In this document: one piece after another, positions 10,019 through 21,100 of the stretch
Layout of the letters: every line of letters starts with the position of its first letter
Numbering within the stretch: position 1 is the stretch's first letter
DNA from: Schizochytrium sp. TIO01
Taxonomy: Eukaryota; Protista; Bigyra: Labyrinthulomycetes
NCBI GenBank assembly: GCA_004764695.1
Contig: SMSO01000032.1
Location: 1,054,001 to 1,118,000 of the forward strand
DNA: 64,000 bases
Direction of reading: 5' to 3'
The notes under the pieces: model-generated
Told to the model about the DNA's origin: nothing
What the model saw: the letters and a program-made list of their open reading frames with translations, nothing else
The model's database searches: none
Program-made: the position numbers and the translations under genes

Positions 10019-13000
10019 ATGGAGTCTTCTCAAGTTGATTTTAAAGATGAGCGCGCCCAAGAGCTTGCCTCGTCCTCCTCAGGAGCCAATAAACAAATCA
10101 TAGCTGGAAACAACGAAAAGGTTATCCTTGCATCACAGAGAGGTCCAGCAGATTTCTTAAGAGAGATTAAATTAGAGGGTAATCAGAGGCGTATGAAACA
10201 CGAGCAAGATTTGGAGCCAATGGAGGGGTCTTTTGCAGATGCCAAGGCTGCAGCAGCTGCAGCAGCCGCTCGATGCTTTGTTATTTCGCCTTCGGTGGTA
10301 CACTTTGGAGGCTATAAGCTTGGAGAGGAATACGAGCTTAAAATTCGCATTGCAAATGCATCACAAGATAGTTTACCAATAAGAATTCAACATACCCAAA
10401 GCTTTACCTTTGAGACAAGCTACAAACCTCACTCACGCATTCCTCCTGGTCTTTGCGAGGTCGTTAAGATCAAATTTCGTCCAACTGAATGGAAGTATTA
10501 TCGAGACTCTATCATCGTTACTACAGAAGGTGCTAAACAGGAGATCCCAGTTCATGGTTATCCCGTTGTGAATAGAGTTGATGTCCCTCGTGTTTTAGAT
10601 TTTGGTTCTTGCGTGCTCAATCAAAGTCATACTCGCACTCTCAAACTCTCCTGCAAAGTTCCTATGCCTTTCGACTTCGAGGTAATGGAACTGACCCCTC
10701 ATGCAGAATTCAAGATCTACCCACATTCCGGTCAGGTACCTGCAAATGGGGAGACGCACCTTACTGTAGAATATAGTCCGCATCAGTTAAAAGTGAGCTC
10801 TTTCTCATTTCGTCTGAATGTGGCTCAGTTTGGGTTTGAACCTATCATCTGTACTGTAACGGGAAGCTCGCGCCCAGGGTTGATTCGAAGTGCAGAAATT
10901 GAACGTGAAGAGAGAGCATATTTGCAGGAAGTAAGCGAAAGATATGATACACACCATAACCCCAACTTCGTAGAGTCTCTCAAAAGCATTCGTTTTGATA
11001 ACTACGGTGATGCATTTATACCACATAAAAAGAGGTCTGCGCATTACGATCCGGGTGGTGCTAGTATTCATGCTAAAGAGGAGCAAAAGACAACGAGCAA
11101 TAACAATAATAACGACCCAAACGCCATGCTGTCACTAGGGGATGGCAGCATGATTGTTGAAGAAGGGCCAAGGTTAAAACCTACTGTTGAATCTCCATCT
11201 AAAAGCTCAAGGAAACCAACGTCCAATTCTGAGATGATTGTTATTGAGAATATTCGATTTCCAAAGATCTTAGAGGGTAGCCAAGCAACGAACTTTGTTC
11301 TTACACAACAGCCAAATAAACTCAAACCAAAGGATCTAAAGGAAGCCATTAATAAGCAACGTAGAGCACGCGAAGCTGAAAAGAGAGCAAAAGATTCAGC
11401 CTTGAGAAAGTTTGGAAGTGTTGAACGCATGGACCCCGTACAACGGATTCTAAACGAGGATATGAGAGCAGCAGACCAGTCAAGCACGGCTCAAGTAAAA
11501 GAAATGATTTTTCTTCAACATGTATTAGAAATCGAGGACGAGGAAAAATCTCGAGAGTTTGCCAGTCAAGCTGTCCATGTTGGTGAACAGCAACTCGAAG
11601 AAGAAGAAGTTCTGTCAATACGCAAAGAAAGGCAACAAGCTACTCATAAAGCATCACTTGTTAAGCGACAAGAAGAGCGGCTTTTCTTTGGTACAAAATG
11701 TTTGGGCCCAACCAGTGTACCACCTTTCCGGGCTTGTGCGAAAAATGACACTGACACGGGTTTGAAATCTGGATCTAACTTTGAAGAACCCAGCTTTGAT
11801 TATTTTGTGAATGATGACTGGAGGAGACGAAAGGCAGTAACAGTACGCTTCATCAATATAATCGGTAAAATTCTGGTTCGTAAAAGAGCTCAGCGTAGGA
11901 TTGACGCAATCTGGAAAAGACTTGGAAGTGCACGCACGCGCAAAGCCGTGCGTGCACTAGTTGAGGAAGACCATATTCGGGCTAAGCTATCTACATCATC
12001 TTCTAGCAATTTTAAGAAGCCGTCAACGGGCAGCAATGAGCCTTCTTGGAAGAAGCACAAAAGAGAAATCATGAAGAAGCCCGCTAACCAGCTGAAACCA
12101 ATGGGAACACAAGCGCTCTTAAAGAAACTGTCAGATAGTCAGGCAACCCTTCCCGCAGCTGATTCAAACATTCTTGAGACATCCTCGGAGGGCACCAACA
12201 GCACGGATGCTTTACAAACAGCTTTTAAATCAGATACGAACTCGGACGATACCTATCCAAGAGAGGCATGGACAGATTCTCCAGTCCCAGAGACTAAGAT
12301 CATCGAAGCAGGGCTAAAAGAGGAAGCACAACTCCACCTTGTATCTTTTCCACTTTTCAATGATTCCACAGTTTTTGAATCCAAACCTGTACCTACCGCA
12401 CCTGTACAAGGTTTCCAAGATCTCGGATACTTTAAACTTCGCGCACCTGAGGAGTTTAAGCTCTGTGGGTATGAAAGATTTGACTATCCTCATTTGACCC
12501 AATTTGTTCCACGTTGTGATGATATTGAGTTAATAGAAGGTGCTCACGAAGAATCATGTTGGCGTAACCTTGGTCCTGTTGTGAGCAAAGAGGACCTGGA
12601 AACCACAATGCCAGATGTTTTGAGAAAGCCACGAACGTTGCCTGGCCTCGAGTTTTTACTCCCCCATCGCCAGCTACGCACTTTTGAAACGCCGCTCCAC
12701 TTCACAGAGGCACATGTAGAACACGCCCTAGGGCCGCGTTTCTTACAAGTACTTGAGCCGCAGACGAGGAGCGAAAAGGAGGCATGGGAGTTGGGAACAT
12801 CAAGTATGCGCGCACTGATAACAGAGCCAACTATTTCAGACCGCTTCAGGCCATCTCGAACATCTTTTAAAAACACACGACAGTTCTTGTGGGCGGCTGA
12901 CACAAGGGATTTGTATTTGCTTCCAGGATCAAGACAAGAAGACGAACTAAGTGACGACGAAGATGAAGATGACGAAGAGCTCAAGGCTCGGGAAGCCGCA

Positions 13001-13336
13001 GTATCTGCGGAGTTGGATGAGGATACAGGGGGTAAGACCTCCAATGAATCTTTAAATAGTGTTGCGGAAGGAATTGAGAACAGCTTTGACTTTGAGAACA
13101 TTGAAGAATCGTTCTTTAAAGAATCAAGGGAGTTGGTCCTCACCAGCACTGAAAGAGCAAGCGAGAAAGCTAGGCTCCTGCAGTACGGAGACATCGAATA
13201 TTACAAAGAGCTTCTTGCAGTTGAAATTGAAGCCTCTCGTAAGGAGAAGTTTACGCGATTAGAAAATCGTTTTCTTGAGTGCCAAGCTGCAGTTTTAAAT
13301 CCTACATTGAAGTTTAATGTCAAGGACCTTCGATAA
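10019..13336 (+). CDS. CFAP221: Cilia- and flagella-associated protein 221 (PCDP1) homolog
   Basis: N-terminal ASH/PapD-like domains with PCDP1 motifs PSVVHFGGY, IPPGL, F.PTEWKYYRDSI, IPVHGYPV, LSCKVPMPFDF, PHSGQVPANG, VTGSSRPG; later FVLTQQPNKLKPKDL and QVKEMIF. First ATG at 10019. Confidence 0.9.
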   Translation: MESSQVDFKDERAQELASSSSGANKQIIAGNNEKVILASQRGPADFLREIKLEGNQRRMKHEQDLEPMEGSFADAKAAAAAAAARCFVISPSVVHFGGYKLGEEYELKIRIANASQDSLPIRIQHTQSFTFETSYKPHSRIPPGLCEVVKIKFRPTEWKYYRDSIIVTTEGAKQEIPVHGYPVVNRVDVPRVLDFGSCVLNQSHTRTLKLSCKVPMPFDFEVMELTPHAEFKIYPHSGQVPANGETHLTVEYSPHQLKVSSFSFRLNVAQFGFEPIICTVTGSSRPGLIRSAEIEREERAYLQEVSERYDTHHNPNFVESLKSIRFDNYGDAFIPHKKRSAHYDPGGASIHAKEEQKTTSNNNNNDPNAMLSLGDGSMIVEEGPRLKPTVESPSKSSRKPTSNSEMIVIENIRFPKILEGSQATNFVLTQQPNKLKPKDLKEAINKQRRAREAEKRAKDSALRKFGSVERMDPVQRILNEDMRAADQSSTAQVKEMIFLQHVLEIEDEEKSREFASQAVHVGEQQLEEEEVLSIRKERQQATHKASLVKRQEERLFFGTKCLGPTSVPPFRACAKNDTDTGLKSGSNFEEPSFDYFVNDDWRRRKAVTVRFINIIGKILVRKRAQRRIDAIWKRLGSARTRKAVRALVEEDHIRAKLSTSSSSNFKKPSTGSNEPSWKKHKREIMKKPANQLKPMGTQALLKKLSDSQATLPAADSNILETSSEGTNSTDALQTAFKSDTNSDDTYPREAWTDSPVPETKIIEAGLKEEAQLHLVSFPLFNDSTVFESKPVPTAPVQGFQDLGYFKLRAPEEFKLCGYERFDYPHLTQFVPRCDDIELIEGAHEESCWRNLGPVVSKEDLETTMPDVLRKPRTLPGLEFLLPHRQLRTFETPLHFTEAHVEHALGPRFLQVLEPQTRSEKEAWELGTSSMRALITEPTISDRFRPSRTSFKNTRQFLWAADTRDLYLLPGSRQEDELSDDEDEDDEELKAREAAVSAELDEDTGGKTSNESLNSVAEGIENSFDFENIEESFFKESRELVLTSTERASEKARLLQYGDIEYYKELLAVEIEASRKEKFTRLENRFLECQAAVLNPTLKFNVKDLR

Positions 13337-13449
13337 ATGAAATTCATATTCATATTTGATTAATAATTTTTTGAGAAAAACCTTGCAAGAAGTTCTTCTA
13401 CTTGACATCTTTAGTTTACTAAAGATCTAACTTTTGTTGGATTGCATAA

Positions 13450-14853
13450 TCAACTTTGGATATTTGCTTCAGTATTGAGAGCTATTTTGGCAGCGTATTG
13501 GGATCGACACATTGGACAGGTAGCCGCCTTTTCAATACTAAATCGTTCGAATGCCTCGATGCAGTGCTGGTGAAAGCAATGTGAACAGCTAAGTAAACAT
13601 GCAATGCGTTTCTGGTCATTGATCTCTGGCCCCTCATGTTGCGGTTTCAATGAAATCTTTTGAAGAACAATAGGTGCCATGCATATAGCACATTCACACT
13701 CGTCCCCCTCTCTATTCAATAAGGTACGTAGGATTCCTTCCCATTGCTCTGGACCGATAATTAGTGGTAGTTCTTCGTTTGGCGCACCCAATATTCGGCG
13801 AGATGCTGTTATAGAACAATCAAGCTCCGCAAAAAGACGGTCGATTGAGTCTTCTTGCGCATACACAGCTCGCTCTAAACGAAGGGAGACTGATTGCAAT
13901 TTGTTTGCAAAGAACTTATGTCGTTGGTGTTCTGTACCCTTCCCAGCAGCATAGTATGCGGAGAGACGCGCACGAAATCTCTTCCGTGCAATGTAGCCTC
14001 GAAAGACCGTTTGGATTTGCGTTGCAGAGCGCTGTCGATGAGCTTTGATACCTAGTTTGACGCTTCGTTTCTCGTAATTGGCCTTTCGACATAGTGGACA
14101 ACAGCGCTCTTTACTTCGCACAAACCGTTCAAAACTTTCAAGACATGCTTTATGAAATACATGAGAGCAGCTTAATAAAAGCTGTTGCCCTGCTCCAAAG
14201 TGCTCTTGACATATTGCGCACGGTTCGAAAGAGTCCTTTCGGGCCTCTGAAGCTTGTTCAAGTGCTCGCCATTCAGCTTTTGATAATTTTGCTGGTGGGC
14301 CTTGCATGAGACCTAATCGTTGAGCTAGTGTTCTTTGATCTCGATCTGCACGAGCTAATTGACGCAGCTGGGCCTTTCTTGAGCTTCCGCAAGCTTCACA
14401 TCGAGGAGGACCGCTTCGATTGAAACAGGTACACCGTTCGCAGGTCCAGGGTACACCCCTTTCGAACGTATTTTCGTCTGGATTGTTGTTACTGCCAGCG
14501 GCCGTAGCTGTAGTGAAACTGTTGCCACGTTTGCTGGTCACAGTGGTGCTTTCTGATCGTGCTGATGCAGTTTGTTGCTCTCTTATCCCTATTGTTTTGA
14601 ATTTATTTTCTGAAGTAGTACCTTCTGTTCTGCACGGCTTTGCGCTTGGGACTTGATCTCTTCTACGTCTATTAGCTCCCGATGGTCCAATCAAGTCCAC
14701 TCTTGAACCGTTTTGATGAACAAGGCGAACTTGGCGCATCTGAACGTCAAGTTTTAGAGCGCGTGCGAAATGGTCCTGCAGAGCTGCTGCATGTATTACA
14801 GTTCTCTCTGGTCTCGTTGTGCGCCTCCAACGAAATTCATCGCGCCTTTCCAT
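13450..14853 (-). CDS. RNF32: RING finger protein 32 homolog (RING-H2, IQ, RING-H2) with an extra RanBP2-type zinc finger
   Basis: AAALQDH; TLAQRLGL..PP..LS..EW; CAICQEHF..LLLSCSHVFHKACLESFERF..CPLCR; IQ motif ATQIQTVFRGYIARK; second RING CAICM..LLSCSHCFHQHCIEAFE..CPMCRS; WTCERCTCFNRSGPPRCEAC. Confidence 0.9.
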   Translation of the reverse strand: MERRDEFRWRRTTRPERTVIHAAALQDHFARALKLDVQMRQVRLVHQNGSRVDLIGPSGANRRRRDQVPSAKPCRTEGTTSENKFKTIGIREQQTASARSESTTVTSKRGNSFTTATAAGSNNNPDENTFERGVPWTCERCTCFNRSGPPRCEACGSSRKAQLRQLARADRDQRTLAQRLGLMQGPPAKLSKAEWRALEQASEARKDSFEPCAICQEHFGAGQQLLLSCSHVFHKACLESFERFVRSKERCCPLCRKANYEKRSVKLGIKAHRQRSATQIQTVFRGYIARKRFRARLSAYYAAGKGTEHQRHKFFANKLQSVSLRLERAVYAQEDSIDRLFAELDCSITASRRILGAPNEELPLIIGPEQWEGILRTLLNREGDECECAICMAPIVLQKISLKPQHEGPEINDQKRIACLLSCSHCFHQHCIEAFERFSIEKAATCPMCRSQYAAKIALNTEANIQS

Positions 14854-15406
14854 GTTAATCCTTTGCAACTATAGCTATGTCATCTAAACCTTGCGTGGGC
14901 ACCAAGAGCTTTGGCTCAGCTTCCGACTCTGTGATTACCCAGCCCAACTTTGAAGGATTTCGATGCCAACTTGCACCAGCCCCAGATCTTGTTTTTCGGA
15001 AACTAAAATAAAAATAAAAGCAGTTTAATTTCTTTCATCTAATCCATTCTTCAAGTTGCTTATCGTTCAGAATTGAGTGTTTTTTGTTTGTTTTTAAAAA
15101 ATAAAATGAATACTTATAAGCGGCACTGCATGACTATAAGCTATAATTCTGGTATTTCAACGGTAACTTTTTATTTATAAATAATAATAATAAAACTTTT
15201 TAAAAACCTACCATTTTTTACTTATCAATTTTTCAAGAATATGTCCTGAAGAACCTAGGCAAGAGCTACAGGTTATAGTCTCAAAGGTCAATGAATGTTG
15301 ATGAAAACTGGGCTCCCTCCGAGCATTTGCAGACACTCAATTTCAACTCGTATCTTCGTTTGCAGGTTCGCGATCTTGAAGTTTGAACGTGCTAAGGTCG
15401 GTCAAG

Positions 15407-15874
15407 ATGGAGAAGTCAGCTAAGGACATAGAGAGAGACGAGGAACTGGAGTCCTTGTACAGAGAGATCGAGGAGGTCAAAGCTAGCTACGTGGCTGAAT
15501 GCGAGAAGCGGGGCCTTACACCATTTGACAATATTCGTGTTGGAGACTGGATTGCTGGAGACTTGAAGCAGAAACTTGGTGGGGACATCAAAGCTAGAGA
15601 CAGTAAACAAAGCGCAGATCTTAAATGTTCCCTAGAAGACTCAGAAGACTTGAGTCAGAGCAGCAAAGTAGAACTCCAATTAGTGAATGATGTGCCTCGC
15701 ACATTCATCTTCGTTCTCACTCTTGTAATCATCAGCACGCTCCCCTTTCCGGACTGTGCACCTGGGGCCCGAGCATTGCAAGTTGTGCTCTTTTTTATTG
15801 CTGTTTTAAGCTTTGTTATATGTGAAATGGAACCTAAGGATCACCAAGACAGATTCGATGAAACTCTGGACTGA
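15407..15874 (+). CDS. Hypothetical 155-aa protein with N-terminal coiled coil and two C-terminal TM helices
   Basis: ATG at 15407 follows a TTTGCAG acceptor-like site. Protein-like composition with hydrophobic segments TFIFVLTLVIISTL and ALQVVLFFIAVLSFVIC. Confidence 0.65.
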   Translation: MEKSAKDIERDEELESLYREIEEVKASYVAECEKRGLTPFDNIRVGDWIAGDLKQKLGGDIKARDSKQSADLKCSLEDSEDLSQSSKVELQLVNDVPRTFIFVLTLVIISTLPFPDCAPGARALQVVLFFIAVLSFVICEMEPKDHQDRFDETLD

Positions 15875-15971
15875 TTTAGGTTCTTACTGATATGTTTATT
15901 GACAAAATTGATTTAGTCTTTCAAAAGAAAGATATTTCTTTAATTCGAGCAAGCGGCATTTGTATGCTGTG

Positions 15972-17224
15972 TCACAACGAGGACTGTGTATCAGCAACGC
16001 GAATGATAACCTTTCCACGAACGTGGCCACCTTCAATGCGGCGATGAGCGTCTTCGGTCTTTTCAAGAGGAAAAACTGAGTCAACATTGATTTTTGCAGC
16101 TCCTTCATCAGCAAGCTTCGCCAACAAAGCTAAAGACTCGGCGCGAGGTTCTACAATGTTGAAGTAGTATCGAGGTCCAGTGATGGGTGCTGCGAGCTTA
16201 CGGTATGCAGCATATGCATAGCCAACCAGGCTACCAAGTGTACTATCAGCGCCCGTTACACCATCCGGAATCTTCAGAGATGAGGCAATCTTAGTAGCCC
16301 ATCCTGAATTCATCACGTTAATGTAGAACCCGGTTGGCTTAATACATTTCATCCCGCGAAGCTCGTAGTCCCCGCCCATGAGGTCAAAAACATAGTCAAC
16401 ATCCTTCGCCACTTCGACGAAGTCTTCCTTGTTGTAGTCGATGGGACGGTCCGCGCCGAGAGACTTGACATAGTCAAAGTTACCCACGGAGCATGTGGTA
16501 AAAACGTAAAGCCCATAGTACTTGGCGACCTGAATCGCAATGGTGCCTACGCCCCCTGCGCCAGCATGAACTATGTTTTGAAGCACGTAAACATACCAAG
16601 ATGTTTGTCTCTTGCCGTTAGTTACTACTCTTTTACTTAACTCACTTATCTGACCAAGTTAACAAGGAGGCCAATCCTTTTTCTTCTTAGAACTCAACTA
16701 AATACTGCAAAAGAGCCCTAAGATACTGCAATTTTGCAAATTCTTATATTCGATATTTGAAACAACTTACTGAGAATACTTTTGCCTTGCCCGCGCACCT
16801 CTTCATTGATGCCTGCTGCTTCATAACCTTGGAGTACAGTTTGACCAACAAGAGGGAGGCCGGCAATTTCATCATCTGTGAGGTTAGCAGGTGCAAGACT
16901 GGCATGCTTCTCACGAACAGTGACATATTCTGCACAACCACCTTGTGTTGCGACAATGGGGAGCATGAAGAAAACTCGATCTCCCTTGGTATACTTTGAG
17001 TTTTGATCCATATCCTCCACTAGACCGCAGACATCGCAGCCAACAACCTTAGGGTTCGGGAAAAACGGGATAGAGTTCTTTCGCAGCTTCCAATCAACAG
17101 GATTCACTGAGGTCGTAAGTACCTTGACAAGGAGTTCTCCTGAGTTACGTGTCGGCATAGGGAAGTCGTTCACAACCTTCAGAACCTCGGGGCCACCCTT
17201 CTCTGTGTAAATAACAGCCTTCAT
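15972..17224 (-). CDS. Zinc-independent MDR-family NADPH:quinone oxidoreductase (RTN4IP1/QOR-like); exons 17224-16771 and 16570-15972
   Basis: MKAV..GGPEVL..SVNPVDWK..GCDVCG. Removing the 200-nt GTAAGT..ATAG intron (16770-16571) restores the NADP-binding motif KSILIHAGAGGVG. C-terminus VDSVFPLE..AH..GHVRGKVII. Confidence 0.93.
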
Positions 17225-18117
17225 CGTCTCGACTCCGACGAATGTAGAAGTTCCGCTACGATTATGTGCAAGCTTTCAATTATTGCCCTGTACAAAGCTT
17301 ATAGGCCTCCTCGAGGGATACGCCTAGATCTTTCTGCTATCGACGTCGAAGACCAACTTGAAGTCGTTGAAGAAGGCAGGTAGCTAATACCTGGGAAATG
17401 CAGATTTGCGTTTGCGATTCTTGTAGAGACTCACTAAAGATCATTTTAATGTACCTCACTAGGAGGCCCTACTTATATAAGACAGTATCGGACAGAGAGG
17501 CCAAACGAGGCTAAAATTAAACCCGAGCCTGAAACTGAGGTTCTGTGACCCAAGAGTACCTAAGGAACAATCTTCTTTTATAAGAATAATATAATGTAAC
17601 TTATGAACCATCCGAGGCGTAAACTTGGCTTCGTATAGTCCACGTTTTGTAGCAAGCTTTTTTATAGGCCTTTAAACCACTATTTCTTTAACAGGTCTAA
17701 CATAATCAAGGATATCCTTGATACGAAGACAGTTTCGTCCCAACATAGGGCATAGAAGGTTGTCAGCATTGCTTACAAGTCCTATAAGTTTGTTTGCACC
17801 AAGCGGTGTGGCAAATAAGGAATAGGTTATCGCTAGAAAAGCTCACAAGGTTCATACGAGCAGGCGTGACACAAGGCACAAGCTCGCTAGTTTGTTTTTT
17901 TTGCAAGCAACTTCTCTATTGTAGGAGTGAAGCTTGAGACTACACGGGAAACAAGTGTCCGTTCACGAGGCTTTCGAGTAACCCAGAAACAACGAAACCC
18001 CTTTCGAGACGCTATTGCGTCGATTAGAATAGGATATGTATGCATGAGGTTTGGTTGGGGTCAATAGACTGACAACTTCATCACACAATCACTCTTGGTG
18101 TCCCAACGTTGTTCCCA

Positions 18118-21100
18118 ATGCAAGGGCAAGCAGCTCAGAGGAACTGGGATTTTGGTGACACGACTTTACAGAGAGATGTTGCACCTCTCTTTAGTTCTTA
18201 TAAATGGATTTTTGCAATCGTGAGGACGTTAGAAGTTGGGCTTGGTGGAATCCGAATACTATCAGTTGCACCTAGAGATGATGGCCTGGTTTGGACGAGA
18301 CCGAGTGGGATCGTCTTCCAGGGTATTTCTTGGTTAATACCAATTGCTATTACATATTGCTTCACCTATCTTAGTGACCCCAAGAGTGACAACACGGCAT
18401 GGATTGCCTTGAAGTCAATTATAATTTCATTCTATGTTGGTCTTATGCGTGCATTGGCTTATTTTGGCGCTTGGCGAGGAGGAATGCAGCAAAGTATGGG
18501 GGGGAGACGCCATGGTAGCAAATATCTGGATGTATCATTAGACGAGAACATGTATCAGGGAGATTTGGCTGGTGTACTTCGACTTTGCACTAGTGAAGTT
18601 GCACTGGATTGCAGTGGTCTAATGACTTTACTTAGTCAAATATGTGGAGGTTTTTTGCAAGCCTTCGTATTCAACTGGTCAATTTCTCTATCACCTGAAA
18701 CCTCCCTTGTTTCCACTATCAGCTGTTGGATGATATACGGGATGGGAATATTTTGCTTATCCACGCGGCACCCAGTAGAAGTTGCCCAATGGCATATGAG
18801 TCCACAGCCTCTAGACTGCTTTACTCGTGGGTTTCATGTTATTTTGTTTTTCTGCCTGAGTCGATTCCATTTTAACCCTGGTGCATTTGCTTTACCGTTC
18901 CTTTGGCTATTAGGTCTCCTTCCTAGTCTAGATGTACTCCTAGAGTGGAGTGTAGAGATGACACAGATGCACATCTTTGGCGGGTCTGCAGCGTCTTCCA
19001 GGAAGCGTCTAGTGATTCATGTGATTGTAAGCTCAATTGCGTCTTTACTATGTTTCTATAGCATGAGATATGTAAATGTAAGGGGCAGTCTTTGCATCAC
19101 TGCCTTACTCTCCTGCTGTTTGAGCTCTGGTGTTATATTTCGTGCATATAGTTTGGTTAGAACATACACTGTACCAAATACAACTATTTGGAATGTATTA
19201 CCTATAATGGCCAGCAGCACCCAAAAACACAAAGTTCAATCTCTACAAAATTCAGGTCAACACATCCGAAACAGCATTTTGAGCAAAGTCGATACACTTG
19301 TGATTGTTCTCTGTAGCGTGTCACCATATTTCGCTACTCTTTCCAACACTTCAATATCCTGGTCAATTCTTATTCTTACCAGTGCTGGTGTTACAATACT
19401 ACACATTCTTTTACACTTTGTGAAATTACCTGTGGTTGTTTTACTCAATGTATCACGCGGGCTACGCGTTTTCCAATTCTTCTGGACTGGTTTGTGCGTG
19501 TTTTCAATAGAATACCATGGTACTGGGGAGTTGTCAAGTTCTTACACCTCATGGGAACAGCTTTTCGTTTGCACTTTGCTTATGCGTTGTCTGCGTGTCG
19601 TAATGACCAGTCCAGGCAGTGCATCTTTTGAACTTACGGCCGCTCTTGCGCTTGGATACAGTGGAAGTCCTGTGCTAACATGGCACCCGTTGTTCCTATC
19701 GGTATGCTTCCGTGCTACTCTTGCAGGATGGGTTATGTTGTTCTGCCGTGAAGCTCTTGGCAACTGCTCGTTTGTTTTATTCCATGTTTACGCATCGTTA
19801 ACCCGTGCAAAACTCCGTCTTCCTCTCTACGCACGTCTTGCTTGCATCATTGCTACGCCGATCTGGAATTTTGCGATGGCCTTAATTGCTGCAGTATTAG
19901 GGTCCCCTGTCGTCCCAATTGCTGGAGGTGGCGTTTTCCTAGCAGGATTTCCACGCCCTCGCCGTACTTGGCCATGTTACAAAGCATCACAAGCAGATCA
20001 CATGGAGGCAGGATATTATGAGCAAGTCCTACCGCACATTCTTACTGCTTTAGACCGCGTTTTTCTTGAACAGTCTGCCTCTCGATTCGGTGAATCTATG
20101 TACCTTTTGCGATTTGAGAAGATGATCGCTTGGGTTCAAATACTAGAATTCGAATTCGGATATCGGGTGATTCATATGAAAGGACTTGAATTGCAGGAAC
20201 CTACAAGCTGCCACAATGTCGAAGCGAATGCTCTTGATGAAATTATACGCTCAGAGCGTGAGAACCCTACATGTGTTAAGTACTTGCATCAAGAAAGGGT
20301 TGTTCGACCGCTGAAGGACGTTTCTATTCAAAGCTATTCCCACTCTCAGGTCAGTCTAACAGGTGTTGTTGGCAATGATGAGATGGCAAAGTTGATTCAT
20401 CGGAGTTTTGGATATGCAATTCTGTGGCAATTGAAGAAAGAAAAAGACGTTCTTGATTTACTTGCAGAGGTTTCCAAAAGCGAAAATCTAAAATTTCTAG
20501 ATGGATTTGAATCAAAGGAATTTAGGGAGGATCTAGACCGCTGGTATAGATTTATTCATCATGATCATATTAATTCGGCCAATGGTCTGTCTGAGCGAGG
20601 TCCAGCAGGTCCTATTGGACCCCATGGTGATGATTTTGATATTGATATTGATGATCTTTTAGATGAACTCGACGGTTATGAACTAGATGAGCTAGATGTC
20701 GAAATCACGGAAAGTGCCCCAATTTCAAAAGAGGTTGTGCACTTATGGAGTGGAAAGAGTGAAGAGACTATCATCAATCCACTATTGGCTAGTAAAACCA
20801 TCTCAACCAAATGGAGCAACGGGTCACATGGTGCTGCAAACTTGAAAAACTCTGAACACCTCCTTGATAATGGTTCATATGACAGTCAAAGGGAAAATAA
20901 ACTATCCCAGGTAGAACAATATTGCATTCATAAGACCAGCAAATATGCTCCTGACGGAGGCTATGATGACCACGACGCAAAGCCCGAGAGTCTTTCAATG
21001 ATGAATTGTAGAGGATTGGCTTCTGAATTGCTGAGTAAAAGAGATCCTAGACTCGAAATAGGATTACCAAATGATAAGCAGGTCCTACCAACTGATTTGA

